In this document: positions 36,201 through 48,700 of the stretch, piece by piece
Layout of the letters: each line of letters starts with the position of its first letter
How positions within the stretch are numbered: position 1 is the stretch's first letter
Assembly: GCA_047495785.1 (NCBI GenBank)
Contig: JBLDXI010000006.1
Span: 1 to 64,000, forward strand
Direction of reading: 5' to 3'
DNA length: 64,000 nt
DNA from: Lepidodermella squamata
Lineage: Eukaryota > Animalia > Gastrotricha
The notes under the pieces: generated by a model
The model's database searches: none
What the model was told of the DNA's origin: nothing
What the model saw: the letters and a program-made list of their open reading frames with translations, nothing else
Program-made: the position numbers and the translations under genes

Positions 36201-36606
36201 TTAGGCAAAGTTAGTTTTCAAAGTTAGGCTAACCTACCTTGCCAGTGATGCGCCGTGATACGCCGTGTGATCGTGTTGGTCGCCTTGCCGTAGTTCGCTT
36301 TGTTTCATTAGCGATTGTTATAGCAGCTCGGCAACGCTGTAGCCAAGTAGAAAGTATACCACACTGTGTAGATCCCTAATCACCTGTTGCTGCGAAATTA
36401 AAAATCAGTTGAATATTCTGTACACGGCTAGCACGCTGAGATGAGAAAGGAGAGCTTCGTCGATAAACTTAAATTTACAAGATTGATGTATTCGTCTATT
36501 GCAAATAATTTAATAATTGAATCGAAAATAAATATTACGAAGGAGGCAGAGCAAAACATCACAGTTCATTAAATCGTCACCACGTTATCCACCTTTAAGC
36601 CGTTAT

Positions 36607-39600
36607 TCATTTTGCGCCGCACATCTTCTCACAGATGGCGCCGTTGAGTTTGCTGTTGCACGACACGTCGTCCCACTGGCCGTCGTAGGACACTCGGACG
36701 CAGATACTTTGCCCACCGCCACATGCGTGCGTGTAATCCGGCTGCCCTGCAAACCAACTGTCGGTGTAAGTCACAGGATCACCATTCGAGCCGAGCCAGA
36801 AAAATGGACTATTGTTCGCGCCACTTTCAGTAATCGCAGCGATCCATAGACCATTGCAGCCCCATCCCAAGCCAAGGTCTGCAGTGATCAATCCATTAAC
36901 ATGGTAGTTGCGTGGTAGTTATGAATATCTCAACGTGAACTTACTAACTAATGGGACGATTTCAGCTTGGCTCGTAGCGTCGTTAATAGTAGCTAGGGTT
37001 AGCCCGAAGTTGGCGCAAGCTTCCATAGCCCCGTACCAATCCAGATTCGGTAACAGCAGAGGGATGTATCGTTTACCCGGCGAGCAATCAAGATCAAAAC
37101 CTAAAGCAGCATTTCTAAGACTGTATAATGTCCAAAGAGACAAACCTTGCTGGCACTGAGCCTTGTTCGTAAATGTAGTCATAACGACCTGTAATTACCT
37201 TCGTGAAGCAACGAATTTCGAAGCTGAAAACTGATCTTACTGAATCATCAGGGCAAGCATAGTTGGCAGGAACGCAGAGGAGTGGGGCGTTGTTCTTCAC
37301 GCAAAGCTTGAAGGGTTTCTGTACAAAAAGGATGGCATTGAAATTCCGATTAGACCAAAAGGCTAGAAGTTACGCTATCGTCGACTGCTGATTGGCAGTC
37401 CGCAATGTTCGCATTGAGACTGTCCTTGTTGTCAAAATACCCAATCTAAAAGCTAAACTATTAGCATCAACTCGACTTTTTTCAACTAGGAACTATTACC
37501 AGGTACTCTCCTTGAGGGCACCCATCTACCATCGATGGGCAGGAGTTGCTTGTATCGCCATAGCAAAGCACTGATGTGACACCCGGGCAAGTTTTCTCGC
37601 AAATTGCGCCATTCAGCACCGAGCCACAGGGGACATCATCCCAAGTTCCTGTTGACGACATTCGAATGCACAACCCCGGCCCGGCACCACAAGACGTCGA
37701 GAAATCAGGCTGGCCCCCATCCCAGTTTGTATACCCAAATGCCGGGCCAGAAGCATCGCGCCAGTAGTACGTTCGCTCGAATGTACCTTCGCCATTATGT
37801 CCGCCGATCCACATGCCGTTGCAGCCCCAACCTAATCCCAAGTCTAAGGAGGAAATACAGGATAAAAACAAATCCGTGAATCATATTTCTCTGATGCTTA
37901 CTCGCAAGGGGTGCAACCGCGGCCTGTTCTTCGGGCGTGTCGATGATAGCGAGACGCATGTTGAAACCGCTACATATCTCGCTCGCTCTCTGCCAGGTGA
38001 TCTGTTGGTAGATAGGTTTGTATTTTTCTGCAGCCGAGCAGCCAGTGTTTTCCCCTGTAATGAAACACGCTGATTTGCTCAATTACTTTCTGAAAGATAT
38101 CGATAACTCACACGACACAGATGTTTCGTAATCATCGAAAATGATATCGGTGTCGAACTGTGAATAAAACAAATTTGCTATCAAATTCAACCTTCGCCAT
38201 CAACTGACCCAGCCCTCAGGAAACGGTAGGTTGAAGGGAACCGAGATGTAGATTGATTCGTACACAACTATTCTGTGTGGAACCTATGAAAAATAACTCA
38301 TCAATATCACAATTTAGCAGGCAAAACACCGACCGATCGATCGACAGAGTCGCTGCAAGCTGCTTCGTTTTCCGGCAGCGTCCCCGCTTCGTCGTAATAG
38401 TTGGTCTTCAAAAAAGAGAATCTAAGAAAAACCAATTCAAAAATAATATTATTTACAATAAATGTTCCCCCGGGGCATGGCAGGGTCGCGCTCTGGCAAT
38501 TGAAGGTTCCAGGGCCCATGCAAAGAACTGCCGTAGATCCAGGGCACTGCAGTTCGCAAATGGCACCGTCCAATGTCGCTCCACAGGTGACATCATCGAA
38601 CGAACCGTCAGACGTCATTCGCATGCAGTAGTTGGATCCAGAGACGCATACGCTGTTCGCAAAATTGGGATTGCCAGATACCCAGTTCGAAAAGACGACT
38701 TCACGGCCGGGCAAGTCGCCCCAGAAGAAATCTTGCGACTGAGAACCATTGCCATTCTGTCCGCCAATCCACATTCCATTGCAACCAAACGGCTTGTTAA
38801 GATCTATCAAAAACCTTCAATGTTAACCATTTGTATGCGACGACTAGGATTACTCGAGTAGACAATAACTGCCGTTTTTTCGATTGTAGTATCGACTTGA
38901 GCGAGCCGAGTGTTCAAACTAGCACATGATTGAGCGGCTTGGCTCCAGGTTTGGCTGAAGTACAACGGCGCAAATTTCGTAGCCGCAGAGCAACCAAGAT
39001 CGAGCCCTGTTGAGAATTAATAGAATCTAATAATATTCCGGTGATTTCACGCAAATTACATGGTTGGCATTTTGCGTGGTTTGGAAAAACGAAACCAGCG
39101 TCAACCTGAATAAAAATCGAGCTTGCCTTGACCATAAGTAATAGATCTTAAAGTTACCTGGCCAGATGAGCAACTTACGTCGACAGACCTACAACGCTTC
39201 GGTGCTCGGCTGATTGGATCAACGCAGAGTTTCGCCTATATCAGACCCTGATTAGTGAACATGCGATGAGTTAAAATAGGCAACTCACTGGTTTGTTCTC
39301 TTCAGCGAGGCATTCGGCGTAGTTGATAGCAAACGTTGCCGATGAGTCATAGATTTTCAGCTGAATTTGAACAAAATAAAAAAACTTGAACGACTCGGAC
39401 TAAAATTACTTACCCGTTGCGATCCTTGGGGGCAGAGGTTGTAGCATCGATCGCCACTCGGCATGTCACAAAGGACAGCTTTCTAAATAAAGTAGAGCGA
39501 AATAAGCGGTTGTTCGGAAAAATAACTTCACTCACCCATGAAAGGCAGTTTTCCAAAAAGATGTAGGCACCACGGGAATACTCGGCAGTTTCGTTGTTGG

Positions 39601-40511
39601 CCAAGCAGCCTGACTCAGCAAGGCGACACGCCGTGTACTGTCTCGTCGTCTTATCAAAGCACCTGATGTGCGGTTTTCGTTGGACAGGAACATTCACTGA
39701 AAGCGAGAAAGTATTAGGCAGAGCCATGTTAAATTTAAAAAAAAATCACCTTTTTCCTCCAAACACGTAGCCATATTAATGAAGTTCCCTTCGTCCTAAT
39801 AAAACAATCCAATAAATTAATTTGTGTCGCCTCGGGAAAACAGCTAACCTCTAGATTTTTAGGGCAGACATCAAACCGGGACGGGACGCATGTGATGATT
39901 TGATAGTTGGAAGTGCATCGTTTGGCTGGCAATTCCTAAAGCAATGGAGATTGAATCAAAAACCATTAGCTAGAAAATTTTACCGAGAATGTTGGAATGT
40001 CGTTCAGGCAATCTTTGAAATTATAGCCCATCAAATCGAAGCCTTGATAATCGAAGAGCTGTGAGCACAGAAATAGAGAATCCTCGCAACGACCGACGAG
40101 CAATTAGGGTCACCTACCTCAATTTCATTTTCTTTGCAAGGATTGTTACCAGATCGGCATTTGAAAGTCAAAGCGGCATACTCGTAGCACAATTTAGCAC
40201 TCTTGATGAATCCAAAATTTACACAAGCGAATCGGAAAATTAGGCAACTCACCCCTAATTTGCAGCCATCTTCGGAGGAGTAAACTCTGGTCCCCTATAT
40301 CAAAATTAAGACTTGAATTTGAATGAGAGTGATGAAATGAAAATTCTACTTTAAACTCGATCAGCTTCTTACAACCCTTCGTAAGGGTCCGACATTGAGT
40401 GAAGGTGTTATTAAATTGCGAATAGCATCGCACAAACTTGTGGCACCAAACATGCTCGAAAGCAAACGTTGCGAATAATAGTAAAAGTGAGGTCAAACAG
40501 CGGCTGTTCAT
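36607..40511 (-). CDS. Cys-module / triple C-type lectin protein, paralogue D (multi-exon)
   Basis: MNSRCLTSLLLLFATFAF signal peptide; about 10 Cys modules and 3 CTLDs; ends CEKMCGAK*. Confidence 0.85.
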
Positions 40512-41159
40512 CTTTTAGATATAATAAATGAAAAATAATAGGCTTTCTATGTTTTTAAAGGTCGACCTCATTGCGTGTCATCCCGACGCAGCGAGGTCAA
40601 AAGCGGTCAAACGACAATACGTAGCGAGGACAAAATAGTTTTTCAAGTTCAGAAAATCAGAAGAATAAAATAAAATGATCAGAAAATAAAATAAAATCTC
40701 AAAGCAACGTGAAGTAGACACCGCAGAAATGACGCGTTAATATTCATTTTTCAATAATTTGTAATTTCACCAACTATTCAATCTCATATAAAACCGCTAG
40801 AAAGCTGACTTTTTGGGAGATCGGGAGAATAATCCCAAAAACATTGTCCTACAATATTGTCAAAGTTCAATTATCTTTGTAGCGAAAAAAAATTCTTTAC
40901 AATTTCAAAAATTTATTGTCAATATCAAGTTCATAATTGGCCTAAATTATTTCCGGTGGAGTGAGGGCTACATCATGCTACATCATCGTGAAATCCTGGG
41001 AAATCACCATTTCAAAGCAATATGAACTAGGCACCAAAAAACGCCTTATGGATTTCATGTTATTTCACCACATAGGTAATAATCAAGAAGCAACATCACT
41101 GCTGGATTGCTGACCTTTTGCGCGATCACTTCAATTTCAACTGTTTTTCACACAAAAAC

Positions 41160-42216
41160 TCTTTTGTCCTACTTTGAAAAATCAGAAATTTATTGTCAAA
41201 TCAAGTTCACAATTTCGTGCAAGCGTAATAGGCCTCAATTATTTCTGGTGGAGTGAGGGCGACATCATAAATCATCAAACACGCGGCCGCATCACCCTCT
41301 CGAAAATTGTCCATGCCCCAGAAAAACCGGCCCATGTGAAAACCCATAGAGAAAAAATGACCAGAGAAAGCACTCAAGCTAAAATTTCTAAATCCTCATT
41401 TTAATTCAAAGTTGACTTTCTCAAAACGGATATCTCCGTTTTCATCCAAATTTTGCATGCCTATAGAACGCGAGTTGCTCTTTCACGTGGTATAAGATTT
41501 GAGGTGGGCAACCCAACCGTTGTTACGATACAAAAACCTCGCTTTCACTATGGTTTTACTTATTTTGATGATATCAAGACTGAGCAGCAATTGCCCACCT
41601 CAAATCTTATACCACGTGAAAGAGCAGCTCGCGTTCTATAGGCATGCAAAATTTGGATGAAAACGGAGATATCCGTTTTGAGAGCGCACTTCTATAATAA
41701 TGGAGATCAATATTTTAGCTTGAGTGCTTACTCTGGTCATTTTTTTCTCTATGTGAAAACCATAGCCGTGATTTGCAGCGGCATTAGCCACAATCTCGTG
41801 AAATCTCGGCTGTCCAATCAGGCCGTATTTTGAATAAACTGAAACGATTGATGTTTCAATTTCAAACGTTACAGCAATAAATTGCCATGGTTCGTCCGAA
41901 GGTAGAACGTGGTTACTCAGGACTTGGTTCAACGCAATCAATCTCACTGTCTTTTGAGCTGCATTGTACGCTATTCGAAACGTATTTGTATCGTGCTTGC
42001 TGATCGAAACCCAAAAATTCCGTAAAATCGATCATCGTCTAAATGGCTTGGTTTCAGAAACAAAGAAACCGTAAACGACTTGGACCTCATAGGCCAAGCG
42101 TCATCAGGCCGGTAGATCAGGCAAGTTGGGGACTTGCCTTTTATGAGGCCAAAATTCGGCTTATCCAAAGGACCGATTCCGAAGCTGGGTGGGCTTTTAT
42201 CATCGGGCTTCTGCGA
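41160..42216 (-). pseudogene. Partial duplicate of the LamG-like 3' exon of the ankyrin gene (about 45740-46370), frameshifted and interrupted by a MITE
   Basis: Near-identical peptides (DDKSPPS.GIGPLDKPNFG..., RLIALNQVLSNHVLP...) split over frames; a further degenerate piece near 40910-40980. Confidence 0.85.
41345..41753. mobile_element. 409-bp foldback MITE, P- or hAT-like, 8-bp TSD
   Basis: CATAGAGAAAAAA.../...TTTTTTCTCTATG with ~165-bp arms; TSD TGAAAACC; the empty site is visible in the paralogue near 45912. Confidence 0.95.
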
Positions 42217-42231
42217 CCGTTGCAAACCGTA

Positions 42232-42639
42232 TCGTCCGCTTTGGATTTGATTTGATTTGAATTAGACCCTATTGTACGTGATTTAGATTTATAATGATTA
42301 ATTTACGCGGAACGACCTTCTGATTAGACTGATTTTGATTTACCGAAAGGGATGCAATCGAAAAACTTGAAATCACGGATGCCGCTAAACTAAGATCTTT
42401 CCGCCTTTTTGATAGAAATTCGCTTTGGAGAGGGACAGCAGTTTCCAATTCGGGCGAATTTAGAATTTTCGAAGCCCTCGCAGCTCGCAGATTGGTGAAA
42501 ATCTTGATGTTGAAATTTATCGGAGTCAATGATTTGATTTGATTGGTTTAGTTCCGTAAAAGAGGGACATTGATTGATTCAGATTGATTGAAGGGGGTCA
42601 GTGATTTAAGCTATAAAAATCAAATCCAAAACTCTGATA
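42232..42639. mobile_element. Degenerate GATTT-repeat MITE related to 60090-60555
   Basis: TTTGGATTTGATTT at left, AAATCAAATCCAAA at right; TSD not evident. Confidence 0.5.
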
Positions 42640-43119
42640 GTCCGATTATTTCCGCACAGCAGAGCTATACTGTTAACGTTAATTTCACCGTAATACATAC
42701 CTTGCAATCACGAAAAATCCCTGTCTCGAGTTCTATTGCAATCTCAATTCCAATATAGCCATAAGAGCTGTCCCCAAGAGTAATGGGGGATCGATAAACG
42801 TGGACAAATTTCTGAAGTATTTTGTGGAAGATCCCTCGCCACTTATGCATCCGGTAATTAAAATCCTTTTGACGTTGACTGCAGCCCACTCGGTCTCAGA
42901 TTTCGGAAGCCATTTCGTTTGATAGCAAATTTTTATTGCAAGCGTTGTCAATCAAATATGTTTCAATACTGAAATTCCATAAAAAAAATCTTGTAACTAC
43001 GTTCAAGTACTAAGTTCGTACTTGAACCAGACGCCGTGACTAAAAATCGCCATTAGCCACATTTTGCGGGCTCGCCGTCCCATTTTTCGCATTTCACCAC
43101 ATTTCAACATTAAAATACA

Positions 43120-45393
43120 ATGTTTTTTCCTATTTCCGTGGCAATCAGTTTGCTTGCGATCTTCGGAAGGTTAACAACGTTCTCGGCGCCGGCTCCCGAT
43201 TTCTTCAACTCGCCCCCAAAAAATGCGACAAAAACTCTCATAATTCCGAATTTGCTCGGTTACCCAATAACAAACGCATGTAACATAACGTCTTATATGT
43301 TAGCCGATCATGTCAACTCGAGGCTTGACTTTTTGCCCAACTATCTTGTCAAATTTGTTCCTGGCAACAGCCGAGCTGCCAATCAACAACTAATCCAGAT
43401 AATGGAACGGACCAGCTATCCAAGCAACACCTACATCGCTCCTATCATTACGGGGCCTGATGCCACCTGTGAAGAGGTAGCTAGAACCCTTCGGGGTATG
43501 CAAACTATTCTCTACTCGCCAACGTGCGGAGGGCCGATTTTAGTCTCACGCCGGCCTGTCGATTTTAACAACATGTTCTCGACGTCCTCCCCGACCGAAC
43601 GCTACATCTACGCCGGGCTGGAGGTAATGAAAAACATTGGAAAATGGAAAGAGGTCGCTATAGTCTATAGCACGCAATCTCGTAATTTTGAGGTCTTAGC
43701 CAGGTCCTATTTCGACCTGTTTGAGGCTAATGGGATCACCGTCAAACAGTTCATCTACTCCTCCAGCACGCTCAACATATCAACGGACGAATGGACGGCT
43801 TTGCGCGATACTGTTCGAATTATAGCTACCGTACTGCCAGGAAATGAAGATTGTCGTAGATTTCTTTGCTTAGCTTGGCAATATGGCATCAGACCTCCAC
43901 GCTACGCTTTCATTTTATGGAACACGCCCTGCCTGACTAGTTCCATTGACCCAACAACACCGCCCGTCTTTTCGTGGTGTGACCAGGCCATTTTCGATAA
44001 ACAGCTTGAAGGTTCCTTCTCCATAGGTATTTCGGTTAATAGCAGCACCGCGCCAACTTCTTTCGGATACTACGGGCCTGATCTTGATGCTGAACTGGTG
44101 CGAAGGGTGAACAATAAAACCTACGAAGACTATTTCCAGCGCTACGTTTGCCACGACGCTTTGATGGCGACTTTAATAACGCTTGACGAGGCTGAGAAAA
44201 CTTTGAACGCAAACTATTCGCTGACATTGAGCGATTTTGCCGATCCGCGTTACCGCAAACTGGTAAACGTTGTAGTTAACGCAACGGCTGGCTGGGTTGA
44301 TTATTCCGGTCTCCGAACTGGTAGGACTAAGAAAGACACCAACGGCTATGGAAATGAAAATATGTTGATTCTTCAAGCTCAAGGCCGGTTCCAGAGACTT
44401 GTAGTCGAGATTCAATATTTCAGCAAAATGGCGCCAAAAGTCTACGAAGCTAAATATTGGAACACTCCCTATTGGCCGGCGGGAAAGCCTGCCAAAGATC
44501 TTACTCACATAGAAGCTCGGCTACAATACTGCGGCGCTCGAATTTATGGCCCAGCAATAGGTCTAGCCTTAGTCATTTCAATTTCTCAAATTGTCCTTTA
44601 CACGAAATCTAGTAACAGAGAAGTATTTTTCGGAAATTTGAAAAAAATGGTGGTCCTCCTAAGTTGTTTGATTCTGAACGCTTCAGCTGTTTTCTTCGTC
44701 GCTGGTCGCGACTTTGCGATGGAAATCGAGTGCAAACTAATGCCACTTTTGACTGTCATTAGCCTTTCGCCCCTAAATGGACTCATGTTCTCGCAAATGA
44801 TAGCTTACAGCAAGCTAATCAAACTTAAAATAGCAAAATCAGATGTCAAATCTGATCAAAATCCTCTCCGTGCTAAAAAAATTGTTCTCCTCGAAAGTGA
44901 TCCTGTCAAAACTTCAAAAATAATTTCCATGATATGGCTTAGTTCTGTTCTACCCAGCTTGGTCACCCTTGTCGTTTGGCTGCTCTTGGATCCCCCGAAA
45001 TTGTTCTTCAAAAAAGGTCCACTGTTGTTCGATGAAATAGCCGATACCTATTATACAAACGATTTGATCAATTGCAAATCTCCCGATTTTTCTCTCGTTT
45101 GGTTAGTCATCCTGTTGGTTCTACATTTTCTTCAACTGTTGCTAGCGAACTTCTTCTCGCTCGGCATCAATCGACGAAAAATGCCGGCCAACTTGACTTT
45201 TTTGATGAACATGTTCCGCCTGGCGGCTGTTTTCGCCCTAACCTTCGCAGCTGGCAGTGTTTTAGCTGTGATCGTGGTGTCACACGTGCAGACGCCTTGC
45301 ATTGAAAAGGCCATGGTTGCATTTTGCGAACTTATCTATTCGGCTGTAATTGCCCTGGTTCTGTTTTTCCCTGCCAAACAAGGCAGAAACTAA
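43120..45393 (+). CDS. Intronless class C GPCR, GABA-B-receptor-like (Venus flytrap domain + 7TM)
   Basis: Signal peptide; IITGP..CEEVA, FNNMFSTS, KWKEVAIVYS, HDALMA; YWPAGKPAKD linker; seven hydrophobic segments; no Cys-rich domain. Confidence 0.8.
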   Translation: MFFPISVAISLLAIFGRLTTFSAPAPDFFNSPPKNATKTLIIPNLLGYPITNACNITSYMLADHVNSRLDFLPNYLVKFVPGNSRAANQQLIQIMERTSYPSNTYIAPIITGPDATCEEVARTLRGMQTILYSPTCGGPILVSRRPVDFNNMFSTSSPTERYIYAGLEVMKNIGKWKEVAIVYSTQSRNFEVLARSYFDLFEANGITVKQFIYSSSTLNISTDEWTALRDTVRIIATVLPGNEDCRRFLCLAWQYGIRPPRYAFILWNTPCLTSSIDPTTPPVFSWCDQAIFDKQLEGSFSIGISVNSSTAPTSFGYYGPDLDAELVRRVNNKTYEDYFQRYVCHDALMATLITLDEAEKTLNANYSLTLSDFADPRYRKLVNVVVNATAGWVDYSGLRTGRTKKDTNGYGNENMLILQAQGRFQRLVVEIQYFSKMAPKVYEAKYWNTPYWPAGKPAKDLTHIEARLQYCGARIYGPAIGLALVISISQIVLYTKSSNREVFFGNLKKMVVLLSCLILNASAVFFVAGRDFAMEIECKLMPLLTVISLSPLNGLMFSQMIAYSKLIKLKIAKSDVKSDQNPLRAKKIVLLESDPVKTSKIISMIWLSSVLPSLVTLVVWLLLDPPKLFFKKGPLLFDEIADTYYTNDLINCKSPDFSLVWLVILLVLHFLQLLLANFFSLGINRRKMPANLTFLMNMFRLAAVFALTFAAGSVLAVIVVSHVQTPCIEKAMVAFCELIYSAVIALVLFFPAKQGRN

Positions 45394-45781
45394 CGGTGTA
45401 GAAAGTGTCAAACCAGATCGCACTGTCTGGAAGGTTGGGCACTGGAGAGATGATTGTTTGTTCGTTGATTTGGAGTTTTTAACTTTATATTGGATGCGAT
45501 TGGTTGCGAAATTCACGCCTGAAAAGGCCCAGACACTAGAAATCTCAATTCAGGCTTAAAAATCTGCAACCGACACACGCAGCGAGGATAAATAATATGT
45601 TCATAAGTGCAGAAAATCATACACAAATCAGAATAAATTAGCCCGTTCGCCACCATTGTTTAACGGGTCCCCAATACGTCATCTTGACGACATCCTAATG
45701 ATCCTAATGAAAAAATTCGGAAATAACAACTAACTCCATACGTCCTACTTTGAAAATCTGAAATTTATTGTCAAATCAAGT

Positions 45782-48700
45782 TCACAATTTCGTGCAAGCG
45801 TAATATGCCTCAATTATTTCCGGTGGCGTGAGGGCAACGTCATAAATCATCAAACACGCGGCCGCATCACCCTCTCGAAAATTGTCCATGCCCCAGAAAA
45901 ACCGGCCCATGTGAAAACCATAGCCGTGGTTGGTCGCAGCATTAGCCACAATCTCGTGAAATCTCGGCTGTCCAATCAGGCCGTATTTCGAATAAACTGA
46001 AACGACTGATGTTTCAATTTCAAACGTTACAGCAATAAATTGCCATGGTTCGTCCGTTGGTAGAACGTGGTTACTCAGGACTTGGTTCAACGCAATCAAT
46101 CTCACTGTCTTTTGAGCTGCATTGTACGCTATTCGAAACGTATTTGTATCGTGCTTGCTGATGTAAGCTCGGAAGCCGAAAATTCCGTAAAATCGATCAT
46201 CGTCCAAGTGGCTTGGTTTCAGAAACAAAGAAACCGTGAACGACCTGGACCTCATAGGCCAAGCGTCATCAGGCCGGTAGATCAGGCAAGTTGGGGACTT
46301 GCCCTTTATGAGGCCGAAATTCGGCTTATCCAGCGGCCCAATCCCCAAGCTGGGCGGGCTCTTATCATCACAGCTGAAAGCATCCCGGCCATTACCGGAG
46401 ATATCGAAAGTTCTCAGGGTTAAATCAATGTTGTTCATCGGGTAAAAGGCAACCAAATTGCTGACCCTAGGCCATCGCGATACCGGAATCTCCAGTGTAG
46501 TCGGAATGTTCAACGCCATCGCCGTACAACATTGAGTTGTAGATGTTCCACTTGGCGCGCTTTTGAATCTAGCGAAATGCACTGGCTTGGGATTGATTTC
46601 GAGTGACATCGCAGCATTTGCCATTACAGTGCGTAAAGCTGACCTGCGAGTAGACGTCCTTGCTATTCGTTCCGACGATTCGATGCCAAACCATGAAATT
46701 CGCGTAGCTGTAGTCCACTTAGCAGTCGTTTTCGCTGTTGTTCGTGATTTTGTAACTGGTGCTGATTGAGAAGACGAATCGCCATCAACTTCATGGAACC
46801 CTTGAAAAGTTTCAGTCGGAATCGGTTTTGTCGTTTCAGTAGAAGTAGTAGCTGTAGTGGTCGTAGAGGTCGTAGTGGTACTAGTCGTTATTGTAGTTGT
46901 GGCTGTGGCAGTTAGCGTTGTTTTCGCTGAGGTAGATGTTGGCACTGTTGAAGTCGACGTCGTCCTTTTGCTACTTGTCAGCTTTGTTTTTGAGCAATAT
47001 CCATCAATGGTCCACTCGCCTTCCATGGTACACGTGATCAGACCGGGCCCTACAATATGATAACCACTTTTGCATCGAATCAACCCAGTCGCACCCAAGC
47101 AGCGGCTCGAAATCCTGAAATATCCGTTCGCAATCATAACCATCTCCATTTTCGGGCAAAACAAAACTATCAAGGAAGAATTTAAGTTTTTTTTCCGAAA
47201 TTTTCTGAATTGCACACTCACGCTTTGTCGTATTGTTGTAGTCGTCAAGCGAATTTCCACATAAATCTGGTTTATCGATCGCACATTTGCCCGACTTAAG
47301 AAGAGCAGCGTAAATTGCATGCCGCCCGTTCAATTTCGACCTTTGAAGTGGTAACAGGCCATCGGAATCGTACTTGTTACAATCGACCCCGTATCGCGTT
47401 AGCAGAAGATCGAGAATTCGCACATCGCGATCTATTGCCAAACTCAACAGTGACTTGCCAGTATCATCTTCGTGATTCAGCACTTGTTGCAAGGTGGGTT
47501 TAGTCAACTTAGCTAACATCTCATCTAAAACCTGGACGTCAACCATTGGAAGGGCAGCGTGAAATGGTGTTCGACTATGAACGTCCAAATCTAGCGCATG
47601 AGACTGATTTTTCACGAGAAGAAGTTGTGCCAATTTCCAGTTTTGATTAAAAACAGCTAGATGTAAAACACTGCCACTGGAGGACTTGGACGCGGCTCCG
47701 TTCTTATCGGCATCTAAAATAGCTGCAATAACATCGAAATTTCCGAGTTGGATCGCGTATTCTAAGCAGGTTCGTCCTAGATTGTCCTTCAGCGCAAAGT
47801 CCAAATGATTGCCGAATTTTCGGATAAATTCCGCATTAGTCGCATCAACAGCGATGTGAACTAAACTTTGACCATCGCTATTCTTCAACAAAGGATTAGC
47901 TCGAGCTGTATGGATGAGGTATGAGATGAAACGGGGAGATTTCTTCTCAAGAACAGCGACCATCAGAGGGGTAACACCTTGTATTATCGTTTTGGCATCA
48001 ACATCGTTGAAAATCTTGTTCTTCGACGTTAACAAGTGGTTGAATGTTGAGCCATCTCTTGCTAGATGTAACGCGGTATAGCCCCTTTGCTCAACAGCCG
48101 ATACGTTCGCACTAAATTGTTCACTCAATGTATCAGCTAAGCCTCGAGCATTATTCGAAATGGCGAGTAGAAAAGCTGTGAAGCCTCGATTATCAGCTAT
48201 ATCTATAACATGATCACCTGGACCTGTAACAAACTAGCGATGAATCACTCTGACATAGGTACTATGTAAAGGCTCACCTGATAGAATTTCAATCAGCTCA
48301 TGATCAGTTTTCCTTCTTTCCAACGAATCCTGGCCAAACATATCAGCTCCTCTTGCTAAGGCATGAATCGGAGTCCCTCCGCTGTTATCTCTAACATCAA
48401 CTGCAATGCCCGCTTCGATGAAGTATCTAGCAAAAGTCGGATTCCTCAAATTCGTCGCAAGATGTAGTGGAGTTCCTCGAATCGATCGATCCTGATCATT
48501 CGGGTAGACGCAAGTCGCCTCCCCGAAACCATGATCGGGCGCAGGCAGCATTTCCAAAGCTGTTACGATAAAATCTTTCGAATTCCCGGCAACAGCGTAA
48601 CAAGCCGGGGTTTGACCGGACGCGTCTTGGGAACTTGAGTTGAAAAAGTACCAAAAATCGTTGAGGAAATCTGCAAAATTGTGCTCAGCCGCTAGGTGGC

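Noticed and set aside
5858-39135. Many plus-strand and alternate-frame ORFs over the lectin genes (e.g. 6782-7171, 38253-38861)
   Set aside because: They are shadows of GC-richer minus-strand exons, with no motifs of their own.
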